From NCBI RefSeq assembly GCF_001194135.2, contig NC_068985.1, forward strand, positions 38,159,578 to 38,195,313: 35,736 nucleotides of DNA, read 5' to 3'. Below are positions 11,522 through 22,875 of this stretch, in pieces (the stretch's first letter is position 1; the number at the start of each line of letters is the position of its first letter). This DNA comes from Octopus bimaculoides (taxonomy: Eukaryota). The notes beneath the pieces were generated by a model. That model did not search any database and was not told the origin of the DNA. It was given only the letters and a program-made list of their open reading frames with translations. The translations under genes were made by a program, and so were the position numbers.

Positions 11522-11769
11522 TACCAAGTGACACATTGATGCTCGCTCGTAGGCCTGCATATATGCATGCATTTCTTACTTGGCTGTATCTTAATTATCC
11601 TAAAGTCTACATTTAGCGTTTAAAAAATTGTCAGGAAAATACCTCGAGATATTTTCCTGACAATTTTTTAAACGCTAAATGTAGACTTTAGGATACTTAA
11701 GATACAGCCAAGTAAGAAATGCATGCATATATGCAGGCCTACGAGCGAGCATCAATGTGTCACTTGGTA
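11522..11769. repeat. 248-bp near-perfect palindrome centred on CTCGAG
   Basis: Position p pairs with 23291-p throughout. The only mismatches found are 11595/11696 (T/C) and 11642/11649 (C/A); centre 11645/11646. Confidence 0.97.
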
Positions 11770-11860
11770 TGTTAGAAATTAAGGCCAACAGTCCCACAAA
11801 TCATTCCTTGCCGTCTTAAATTTGATGTGCTAATTATGGCTGGAAAAGAGTTAACCATAG

Positions 11861-11935
11861 GTGCCACGCGGTGGGACTGAAACCGAAACCATGTTGAAAA
11901 GTAAGCTTCTTACCACACAACCACTAATACGCCTA
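11861..11935 (-). mobile_element. Family A SINE head fragment
   Basis: gtgccacgcggtgggactgaaaccgaaaccatgt...cttaccacacaaccact...cgcctat matches 4681-4758. Confidence 0.75.
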
Positions 11936-11944
11936 TATATATCA

Positions 11945-12125
11945 GTGTGTGTTCTACTTGTCCCCCACTATTGCTTGACAATTGGCGTTGGTTTGTTTAC
12001 GTCCAAGCATTATAGCGTTTCAGCAGAAAAGACAATAAAATATGTGCTGGTGCCGATTTGATCGACTGAACCCTTTGGTGTAGTACTCCAGCATGGCCGT
12101 AATTGAATGAGTGAAAGAAGTGAAA
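11945..12125 (+). mobile_element. Old family A SINE, 3' half
   Basis: ttgtcccccactattgcttgacaattggcgttggtttgtttacgtcc...tactccagcatggccgtaattgaatgagtgaaagaagtgaaaa is a degenerate match to 12364-12564. Confidence 0.65.
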
Positions 12126-12160
12126 ATATAATATAATATAATATGATGTAATATAATATA

Positions 12161-12564
12161 AGTGGCTGTGTGGTAAGTAGCTTGCTTACCAACCACATGG
12201 TTCCGGGTTCAGTCCCACTGCGTGGCACCTTGGGCAAGCGTCTTCTATTATAGCCTCGGGATGACCAAAGCCTTGTGAGTGGATTTGGTACACGGAAACT
12301 GAAAGAAACCCGTCGTATATATGAGTATATATATATATATGTGTGTGTGTGTGCGTATATGTTTGTGTCTGTGTTTGTCCCTCCAACATCGCTTGACAAC
12401 CGATGCTGGTGTGATTACGTCCCCGTAACTTAGCGGTTCGGCAAAAGTGTCCGATAGAATAAGTACTAGGTTTACAAAGAATAAGTCCTGGGGTCGATTT
12501 GCTCGACTAAAAGGCGGTGCTCCAGCATGGCCACAGTCAAATAAACTGAAACAAGTAAAAGAGT
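12161..12564 (+). mobile_element. Near full-length family A SINE
   Basis: Runs agtggctgtgtggtaagtagc...ggttcagtccc...ctgaaacaagtaaaagagt; reverse-complement match to 4350-4750. Confidence 0.9.
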
Positions 12565-13423
12565 ACATAGTAAAGAGTAAGCAAGAAAAAACACGAAAAA
12601 ACAACAACACAAGGACGTGCACACGTTAAAACAGTTTATAAAATTTCAAAGAAATCACCCGGCTTTTTTTTTTATTATACCGACGCGAATACAAGGATGA
12701 AAATCCTCGATTTACATGAAATTATTTTAAATTAATTCCTTAAGAAAACAGAAAATATCGGGTAATAGTCTCAATTTCAAATCAATTATGTCAAAGAGAG
12801 TTCGTGTTGTAACTTAATTTGTATATATCTCGATTTCTGTTTATCGTGTGAACCACAACGAAATGTAAAATGTAAATTTCTGTCTTAGACGCGATTAAAT
12901 ATCGCGCATTCAACCTCTTCTATTCCAAATATATATTTAAACAGCTTGCTCCGTGAAACATGAATATCTTTATACCTAGTACGTTTAGTTCAAGATTGCA
13001 TACCATGTGATAACACATTCCGTATTACGCCTAAATTAGATATGGCTGTTATTTAAGAATCGTTTTTAAATTAAAATTTTATGATGTATTGTAAGCTTTT
13101 TGTTCTTGTTCCATGGGAATAGATTCATGGTTTTGCTGCTGTTGTTATTTTCATCGTTCTTTATGTCATTTAATGTGGGATTTTTTTTAGTGCTTTAATG
13201 TTTTTTTTTTTTTTTTTTTTTTTTTTAAATGTGGTCCTTTCTTTGCGGGGAATGCAGCTAATCAAAGTTCTCTGTTTCTGTCAATAAGTCCATGTTTGCA
13301 TAATAGGAATCAGTTTTATTTCTGCGTCGAAAAATACATTTCCTCTCCTAAATATGCCTGGCTACACATCTGGCCCTTATAGTCAGTGGTATTTAGGTCG
13401 AAATAATAGTACCATAATAACAG

Positions 13424-13530
13424 ATGATGATGACTGATGATGATAATGATAATGATGGTGATGGATGATGACGATGATGATGATAATGGTGATGATGATA
13501 ATGGTGGTGACGGTGGTGGTGGTGGTGGTA
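13424..13530. repeat. Degenerate (GAT)n/(GGT)n repeat
   Basis: Direct reading. Confidence 0.9.
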
Positions 13531-14044
13531 ATAATTGTGCTAAAGATGACAGTGATGGTGGGGCTGACGGAGTTGTTATTCTTGGCAGTCGTAATAGCCG
13601 TGACAGTTAAGATGATGCGATAAGTTTTGGGACTGGCAGAAACGAAGAGAACTGAATTCTTTATCGGTTATTCAGTTTAGTGCCTTACTATTTTGAGTTC
13701 GACTCCTGCTGTGCACTTAGTTTGTCTTTCTGAGTCAGTTAAATGGTGACTAGACAGACACCGCTTTTATCGCAGTCAATAAAATTACTAGTAAGCACCA
13801 CTTAACCAGGGTTCTTCAATAGATTTCTATCGAACCTGGTATTGTGTTTGGTATTTATTTTATCGACATTTTAAAAATAGAGATCAGAGGGCAATGAAAG
13901 ATAACTATGACGGAATATAAATGTCACGGACTACGCATTTTAGGTGAAGGGGTGCAATGAGATTATAATCCCATTCCTTGACTGGAATTGATTTCATGTA
14001 ATTTCAAAATAAATAAATAAATGAATAATAATAATGATAATAAT

Positions 14045-14253
14045 CCTTTCTACTATAGGCACAAGGCCTGAAATTTGGGGGAGGGGGATAATCGATTACA
14101 TCGACCCCAGTGTTTTACTGGTACTTAATTTATCGACCCCGAAAGGATGAAAGGCAAAGTCGACCTCGGCGGAATTTGAACTTACAACGTTGCGACAGGC
14201 GAAATACCGCTAAGCATTCCGTCCAACGTGCTAACGATTCTGCCAGCTCGCCG
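14045..14253 (-). mobile_element. Full-length family C SINE between (AAT)n tracts
   Basis: Minus-strand cggcgagctggcagaatcgttagc head, gttcaaattcc B-box, gtcgactttgcctttcatcctttcggggtcgataaattaagtaccag core, ggccttgtgcctatagtagaaagg tail. Confidence 0.9.
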
Positions 14254-14255
14254 AC

Positions 14256-14284
14256 ATTTTTTAATTTTTTAATTTTTTAATTTT

Positions 14285-14327
<43 letters not shown>
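14256..14327. repeat. (TTTTTTAA)4 followed by (AAT)n
   Basis: Direct reading; abuts gap 14328-14998. Confidence 0.9.
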
Positions 14328-14998
14328 NNNNNNNNNNNNNNNNNNNNNNNNNNNNNNNNNNNNNNNNNNNNNNNNNNNNNNNNNNNNNNNNNNNNNNNNN
14401 NNNNNNNNNNNNNNNNNNNNNNNNNNNNNNNNNNNNNNNNNNNNNNNNNNNNNNNNNNNNNNNNNNNNNNNNNNNNNNNNNNNNNNNNNNNNNNNNNNNN
14501 NNNNNNNNNNNNNNNNNNNNNNNNNNNNNNNNNNNNNNNNNNNNNNNNNNNNNNNNNNNNNNNNNNNNNNNNNNNNNNNNNNNNNNNNNNNNNNNNNNNN
14601 NNNNNNNNNNNNNNNNNNNNNNNNNNNNNNNNNNNNNNNNNNNNNNNNNNNNNNNNNNNNNNNNNNNNNNNNNNNNNNNNNNNNNNNNNNNNNNNNNNNN
14701 NNNNNNNNNNNNNNNNNNNNNNNNNNNNNNNNNNNNNNNNNNNNNNNNNNNNNNNNNNNNNNNNNNNNNNNNNNNNNNNNNNNNNNNNNNNNNNNNNNNN
14801 NNNNNNNNNNNNNNNNNNNNNNNNNNNNNNNNNNNNNNNNNNNNNNNNNNNNNNNNNNNNNNNNNNNNNNNNNNNNNNNNNNNNNNNNNNNNNNNNNNNN
14901 NNNNNNNNNNNNNNNNNNNNNNNNNNNNNNNNNNNNNNNNNNNNNNNNNNNNNNNNNNNNNNNNNNNNNNNNNNNNNNNNNNNNNNNNNNNNNNNNNG

Positions 14999-15167
14999 GT
15001 GTGTTTACGTCCCCCGTAACTTAGCGGTTCGGCAAAAAGAGACCGATGGAATAAGTACTAGGCTTCCAAAGAATAAGACCTGCCTGGGTCGATTTGCTCG
15101 ACTAAAGGCGGTGCTCCAGCATGGCTGCAGTCAAATGACTGAAACAAGTAAAAGAGTAAAAAGAGTA
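14999..15167 (+). mobile_element. Family A SINE 3' half (5' part probably inside the gap)
   Basis: gtgtgtttacgtcccccgtaacttagcggttcggc...gactgaaacaagtaaaagagtaaaaagagt, starting right at the gap edge. Confidence 0.85.
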
Positions 15168-15797
15168 TATGGTTCAATAAATATGCGGCTTGCGCCTAGT
15201 TTTTCTGCTACCTGTCTCTGCAAAGCACATATTTCTCCGCCAGAACTGTCCTAAGAAACTACACAATAATTACAATAACGACTACACTTGTTATTCTTGT
15301 TAAGGTTGAGTCGAGAATAGAATATGCAACTGACTATATGAAACAAATACATTCCTTGCTTGGTATTTGCAAGTTTTACTAATACCCCCCACTCATAGAA
15401 ATAAAACCCCTCACAAACCCCCGTTTATAATATACTTTCATTATACTTTTATAACGTGCTGAGAACTTTCGCACATATTATGGAACCTGATCTTAGATAG
15501 CTTTACGCTATCTTTTTAAACTAGACCCCTTACGGATTAAGTTTAATATCCATCAAGATCGCAGTTCAATGACTGAAAAATATTTCTCTTCCTCCCTCCT
15601 TTTGTCTCCTTCTCTCTTTTTCTCTCTCACTCACACACATGCGCGCACGCACGCTCTCCACAGATAATGTAGGATATCCGAATCGGAAATAAAATACGGA
15701 ATTGCGACACATTCATATTCGATGGTTATTCATCAGTGACGAATCTGTTACAACCAGAAATCACACACTGAGTCATACACAAATTCAAAATCAAACC

Positions 15798-15912
15798 CTC
15801 TCTCTCTCTCTCTCTCTCTCTCTNNNNNNNNNNNNNNNNNNNNNNNNNNNNNNNNNNNNNNNNNNNNNNNNNNNNNNNNNNNNNNNNNNNNNNNNNNNNN
15901 NNNNNNNNNNNN

Positions 15913-15977
<65 letters not shown>

Positions 15978-16355
15978 TCATTTAAATTTTATTTGTCTTT
16001 TGACGGTGAATTATACATCAGTGGTCGATACCAGAAAGATATGGGCCCAATGTTGTATACCCTCTAAGTTTTAAATAAATATCTGAGTAATGAAACAATA
16101 AACATGAAATAATTTTTCGCACACATGGCCACTCGATCGACTAGAAATAACAGTAAAATTACACTAGAACCACACTCATTCTTCTTAAATATGGAAGGAG
16201 GTATGTCAAATTAAAATTTAATTCTGGGATACAGGCATGAAAGAAAGTATTATCATGGTTCAGTCGCTTTGTCAGCTCTGTCAGGACAGATCTCGCTAAG
16301 GCTAAGACAACAGCAACATCAATAACAACCTCCAAGAGGAGTTTATATATATATG

Positions 16356-16426
<71 letters not shown>

Positions 16427-16477
16427 GTATATGTATGTATGTATGTATGTATGTGTATATATATATATATATATATA
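15798..16477. repeat. (CT)n at 15798-15973 (gap 15824-15912) and (AT)/(GT)/(ATGT) compound at 16345-16477
   Basis: Direct reading. Confidence 0.93.
16120..16330 (+). mobile_element. Old interspersed repeat body/tail (family D-like); related pieces at about 8870-8979 and 25365-25565
   Basis: Shared degenerate motifs such as cgactagaaataacag / gccgactaaaagtacc, tcctagatatactatg / ttccaagacatagaatg and gatggtcatg. Confidence 0.4.
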
Positions 16478-17524
16478 NNNNNNNNNNNNNNNNNNNNNNN
16501 NNNNNNNNNNNNNNNNNNNNNNNNNNNNNNNNNNNNNNNNNNNNNNNNNNNNNNNNNNNNNNNNNNNNNNNNNNNNNNNNNNNNNNNNNNNNNNNNNNNN
16601 NNNNNNNNNNNNNNNNNNNNNNNNNNNNNNNNNNNNNNNNNNNNNNNNNNNNNNNNNNNNNNNNNNNNNNNNNNNNNNNNNNNNNNNNNNNNNNNNNNNN
16701 NNNNNNNNNNNNNNNNNNNNNNNNNNNNNNNNNNNNNNNNNNNNNNNNNNNNNNNNNNNNNNNNNNNNNNNNNNNNNNNNNNNNNNNNNNNNNNNNNNNN
16801 NNNNNNNNNNNNNNNNNNNNNNNNNNNNNNNNNNNNNNNNNNNNNNNNNNNNNNNNNNNNNNNNNNNNNNNNNNNNNNNNNNNNNNNNNNNNNNNNNNNN
16901 NNNNNNNNNNNNNNNNNNNNNNNNNNNNNNNNNNNNNNNNNNNNNNNNNNNNNNNNNNNNNNNNNNNNNNNNNNNNNNNNNNNNNNNNNNNNNNNNNNNN
17001 NNNNNNNNNNNNNNNNNNNNNNNNNNNNNNNNNNNNNNNNNNNNNNNNNNNNNNNNNNNNNNNNNNNNNNNNNNNNNNNNNNNNNNNNAGAAGGTATTAT
17101 AATAAAGAGATAACTGTAGCTTTTATTGAAGTCTCCACACACACTCTCCACTATAAGCCTCATAGAAATAATTAAGCTGTACAATGACTACAAAATAAGC
17201 ATCATAAAACTGTCAAGAAAGGGAAGTGAGATGCTGTTAAATCCTTTTAAAGATCTCTTACTCATTTCTGCTGTGGATCGGTCCGTTAGGTCTTTCATTA
17301 GAAAAGTTTGGTTGGTTGGATGGTTGGGTGGTAGGAGTGACGAAGAAAATGAAAGGCAGATAATATCTTCCTTGCTCTCACACATGAAATGTGTTATTTG
17401 TAATGCCTACTAAGTTTTTATTGTATAATTTTTCATTTTGTTTGTCGTGTGGTGTGAATGCATGTACATACACATGTGTGTAGCTACAAACACACACATA
17501 TTTCCATCCATATATACGCGTCTT

Positions 17525-17691
17525 ATGTTTGTATGTATGTATGTGTGTATGTATGTATGTATGTAGGTACGTACGTACGTAGGTATGTACGTACGTATGT
17601 ATGTACGTACGTATGTAGGCTTGTGTAGATTTCTGCATGTATACATGTATGCAGCCCTGTGTACATGTATGCATGTATATCCTTACATGCA

Positions 17692-17723
<32 letters not shown>

Positions 17724-17960
17724 CATTAAATACACACTCAAATATATATAACATAAATTAATGCAAATATACAAATTTATTTCGAGTACATGCGTACCTG
17801 TATATATATATAATATATATATATATATGTATGCGAAAATGTGTGACGCGTATTTATATGTGTGTGTCTATCTGTTTTATCGAATGTATAAATTATTCCC
17901 TGCCAAATATACATTTTTCATCCTCAAATTATATAGATGCCTGTTTACATACGTACATTC

Positions 17961-17996
<36 letters not shown>

Positions 17997-18065
17997 TTTT
18001 ACATATATGTATGTATACATATATGTATATATATATATATATATATATACTTATGTATGTATACA
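17525..18065. repeat. (TATG)n/(TACG)n/(TACA)n tetranucleotide tract and adjacent (AT)/(GT) repeats
   Basis: Direct reading. Confidence 0.9.
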
Positions 18066-20746
18066 TGCGCAACTATGTACAGACGCGTTAGAACGGTGCG
18101 TGTTGGTATATTTCTCGTGACTGAACATTGCGGCTGTTTCAGTGCGTTCACCTAATTCCACGCTTGAGTTAGTTAAAGTGATAGGAACACAAATTATGGC
18201 GTCAGCTGTGATATAAAGGACAGAATTGTATTGCATGGTCGCTGTAGTTAGGAGGATATATATATTGTGTTGTGTGTGAACAGTAAACAGTTTCATGAAT
18301 TCATCTTTACTGATGTAAGTAATTCTTAGAATGCTTTGGGTTTTTTTTTTTAACATTTGGGAAGTGTTAATTCACTTTCCTCCGTCCTTCACTCGGAAAT
18401 TATACGTTTTCGTATTTATCCATTTTAATTTGGTTTACTGGGTCACCCCTAGTGGTTTTAGTTCCTGGTCAATTCTGATCGGGTATACCTATAACCAAAG
18501 TTATTCTAGACAGTTGAGTATAACTTAAGGGAGATTCAGCTACTGTTGTCTCATATTGTTGGTGGTTTTTTGCAAAATTTTGTCTGTGCTACATGAGATT
18601 TTCCCATGTGAGAATTTGAGTCCAACGATGCATGTCGACCAGGCATGAATTATGGTGTTTATACCGCCATCAGCAATGATATTAAGCTCTGTTTGAATCT
18701 GCAATGGAGTCTGTACTGTGTCGCTCGATCTACTAAAATCAACGGCCAAATCTCTCGAATTATATTCTACATGTTATATGGAAAATAGGAAAGGCAATTT
18801 GAATAGCATAATTACAGATATACTAAATCACAGAATAGTTATGAATGGAAGGCTTTAGATCATCTGTGTACTCGATTAGGGACAGCATTTTACTACGCAA
18901 GAATAACACCAAACCATCTTTTGTACTGATGTTATTTGTCATAATGAACAATTTGAATTGTTTTGCACTCCTAGCTTATATTACTGAAATTATATTTAAC
19001 TTATTGTTTCATTGTTGCCGATGTGGCTGTTTTTTTTATATATCTTTTGCTGTTGTTGCATAATGTAAATTATATTGTCATCTGCCGGAAGGTTGTACAT
19101 GCAAATCGTTGAACTGTAAAGATATAATTAAATGCTGCAAATGGTTTCCAATTTAAGACTCTATTGTCAAACAATTTAGCAAAGACTTTAAAGTATCCAT
19201 AGGAGTTGAAGAATTCAAAAAGGTATTTTTAAAAAAGATAAAAAAAAAGACGTTTCAACGGAGCAAACTAGCAAATCAAATAAATGATGACTGAGGACTC
19301 CGAGGATGGGCCACAGTTCAAGACTGACAATTTTGCTTTCTGTAAATACTAAGATAGATTATATTAAAACAAAGTGAAGCAACGGTTATGTGAAATGAAT
19401 ATTTTGACAGTGTCAAACATATGTTGCGCAACGCACAGGAAGGAAACACTAACATCATCCAGTAAAATCGCTCAATTCCTATTATGTAACAGACGAAACA
19501 CCAATGTATCACAATAAGCAATTAAACAATACAACGAAAGCATAGCTGATGTAGTAAAACTGTACAACTCTACATCCTTCCCAAATGCTGCCCACTTGTC
19601 AGGAGGAACACGATGGTATGCTTAACGGTGCCGAGGAACTGGCAATAAACTGTTGAAACCTTGATGATGATGATGATGATGGTGATGGTGGTGGTGATGT
19701 GTCATTTTAAAAATTTTGTCACAAAGCCTATGAATGGACGACATTACAAACAGTTGAGTAGATGTAGAGAAAACTATTTGAATATATAAAAGCTACAAAA
19801 ATGCTATATCCCAGCGCCTTCACAAATCCCTAGGTGCTCTTCATTACTTTAGCGAATGCCTTCTTCCAACCAAAATTATATTCAGATCGATGCTATCCAG
19901 CTACACAGGACTCCACATTCCCACGCATCTTTTATCAAAGTCGTGGAAAAATAATTCTTCATTCTTTGCCTCTATTCTCCTGTTCGAGTGGGTGTGCGTA
20001 TGAATAGTTCAGTGAAAGATTGGGTTAGCTGAAGAGGGAAGCGTCTGTCTTGATTCCTTGCTATCTTGTTTACCACCCGACATTTTTGCTACAACTATCA
20101 AGCTGAAAACTGTGAACCCTTTCCTTTAAAGAAAATCGGCGACCGGTCTTTACGGTGGAGTCGGCTGACAGATACATTTTGTCAAGTATTCGATAAAAAA
20201 ATGTTAGATATAAGTAACATGTCAGCAATGTTTGAACACAAATGAGTGCATGCAGAACGGTTGTCGTCACCATTGGTTTTATTCATGGTCATTCCTGATC
20301 AAGTATACATATAAATCTAAAGTCCTGCCACAACTATGTTGGCAGACTATGAAGCTGCATTTGTGAAAAAGCTATCTCGAACTCGGAAAGCCCTTGTAGC
20401 AATGCCAGGCTAAGAACTTTTGAAAGTTGCCCGGAATCCCTGATCTCAGTCTTCCACAAAAAATTATTCGGGTAGCTCGCGTGGACGCCCAGAATTTTTG
20501 TCAGATCATTATCACTTATACTCTCAAATAAACATCTATAGAGCCCTAGCGTAGACGTTTCACTCTCTGCACCACTTTGTCAGAAGAGTGCAGCGAGCAC
20601 TTGGCAGTATTGCAGTACTACGTGCTTTAACTCGTTCTGAGTTTGACCTACAACTGTAACTTAATCGAAGCTGCAGAAAGATGTTTGGAAGTTCCATTAT
20701 AAAAAGTTCTATAAAGTCTTTCTTTCCCTCATGCGTAATTTCACAG

Positions 20747-21136
20747 GGTGGAGGCGCAATGGCCCAGTGGTTAGGGCAGCGGACTCGCGGTCATAGGATC
20801 GCGGTTTCGATTCCCAGACCGGGCGTTGTGAGTGTTTATTGAGCGAAAACACCTAAAGCTCCACGAGGCTCCGGCAGAGAATGGTGGTGAACCCTGCTGT
20901 ACTCTTTCACCACAACTTTCTCTCACTCTTTCTTCCTGTTTCTGTTGTGCCTGTAATTCAAAGGGCCAGCCTTGTCACACTGTGTCACGCTGAATATCCC
21001 CGAGAACTACGTTAAGGGTACACGTGTCTGTGGAGTGCTCAGTCACTTGCACGTTAATTTCACGAGCAGGCTGTTCCATTGATCGGATCAACTGGAACCC
21101 TCGACGTCGTAAGCGACGGAGTGCCAACAACAACAA
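20747..21136 (+). mobile_element. Full-length tRNA-derived SINE, family B
   Basis: tggcccagtggttag A-box, ggtttcgattcc B-box, body, gtgcc(aac)n tail; possible 8-bp TSD AATTTCAC at 20737-20744 and 21135-21142. Confidence 0.9.
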
Positions 21137-21233
21137 TTTCACCGAGTGAATCCAATATAAATAAATCCTTATCGTTTTCTAAATTTTCCTTGTAATATTC
21201 TTTTCTTGCTTGTCACCCTTGTGGAAAATAGAA

Positions 21234-21235
<2 letters not shown>

Positions 21236-21274
<39 letters not shown>
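21236..21274. repeat. (TAG)n microsatellite
   Basis: Direct reading. Confidence 0.95.
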
Positions 21275-21275
<1 letters not shown>

Positions 21276-21636
21276 CCAGCAAGAATTGCAACAAAAGTAA
21301 CCGCAACTAAAACCGCATAAGTAGCCCAGTTTCTTGAATGGGAGTGTAAAAGAAGACCAATTATCTCCCCCAGTTATGTAAACATCGTTTTATCTTCGCC
21401 TCTTTAGAAACTATTATTTCTTCTGCTGTTAGTCAAAACAGGCGAGACGGCGCCAACAATAGGCTGGAAACATTTCCATATAGATTGGGTCGGCCTTTAT
21501 ACAAAGACCCTTATTTCAACTGGGCTTTTATCAGGTAAACTTAGACGTCATCTCTGCTTCATTGAATATTCTCCACCTCTTGTGTCCAGGGACTCTTTGT
21601 ATTTAGTCTTCAAATAAATACAGAAATAGAATAAGA

Positions 21637-21699
<63 letters not shown>

Positions 21700-21943
21700 A
21701 GTAACAGTTCTAAATATATATGACCATCTGTGTGTATCCGGTGGTGATAGCGGTAGTAGTCGTGATCGTAGCAGCAGTGGGAGTAAAGACCAATAACGTC
21801 AGCAGCGGAAAGTAACAAGAAATAAAATGGTGATTTGTTAATATTTAAGCGTAAATGTTGATATTCGTGTCCGCATATATACGCTTGGATATGCGTGTGT
21901 GTATAACTATACACTATTGTTGATTATGTCCCCCTTTTCTCTT

Positions 21944-21976
<33 letters not shown>

Positions 21977-22194
21977 TACACCCACATGTGTGTAACGAAG
22001 TTTTTAGAAGAAATTCTTGACTCCGAAGAAAGATTTTAAAAAATTATAAGTTATTAATCGTATAAAGTAATTTAAAAAAAAAAATTTATGGCAAACCTTA
22101 TCGAGGGAAGATTTCTATTTGTGTTAAGTGCTTAACAACACAAAACTTCCTTTCATAAGGTTTGTGTCATTCTGTTCATTTTTAATACATACCC

Positions 22195-22533
22195 CAACCA
22201 TATGGTTCCGGGTTCAGTCCCACTAAGTTGCACCTTGGGCAAGTGTCTTCCACTATAGTCTCGGGCTGACCAAAGTGTTGTGAGCGGATTTGGTAGTCGG
22301 AAACTGAAAGAAACTCGTCGTGTATATATATATCTGTGTGTGTGTTTGTGGCTCGGTTTGTTCCACCATCACCGCTTGATAACTGGTGTTGGTGTGTTTA
22401 CGTCCCCTTAAGGGTTCAACAAAAGAGACTGAGAGAGAATAAGTAATAGGCTTTAAAAAAAGTAAGTCCTGGAGTCGATTTGTTCGACTAAAACCCCTCA
22501 CGGGCAAAAGTCAAATGACTGAAACAAAAGAAT
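22195..22533 (+). mobile_element. 5'-truncated family A SINE
   Basis: caaccatatggttccgggttcagtcccact...agtcaaatgactgaaacaaaagaat. Confidence 0.85.
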
Positions 22534-22541
22534 GTATATAT

Positions 22542-22544
<3 letters not shown>

Positions 22545-22585
<41 letters not shown>

Positions 22586-22793
22586 ACACACATTTATATA
22601 TATATATATATATATATATTTTGTCCTTGTTCTTTTGCCACGTCATGTACCCAGTTATGTATCTATATGTACATGAACATATATACATACATGTACATAT
22701 ATATGCATNNNNNNNNNNNNNNNNNNNNNNNNNNNNNNNNNNNNNNNNNNNNNNNNNNNNNNNNNNNNNNNNNNNNNNNNNNCATATATATAT

Positions 22794-22850
<57 letters not shown>

Positions 22851-22875
22851 TACATATATATATATATATATATAC
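22545..22875. repeat. (AC)n/(AT)n compound spanning gap 22709-22782
   Basis: Direct reading. Confidence 0.93.

Noticed and set aside
18540-18749. Non-repetitive minus-strand 69-aa ORF (also 32079-32300)
   Set aside because: No recognisable domain or convincing splice signals; length is within chance expectation.
20300-20420. MLADYEAAFVKK resembling the MULE transposase D-x-E motif
   Set aside because: Short match, no C-x-FH motif downstream, frame closes quickly.
20747-20820. tRNA-like sequence (also 35125-35190, 12161-12230, 31584-31650)
   Set aside because: These are SINE heads: no complete acceptor stem, and each continues into a repeat body or tail.
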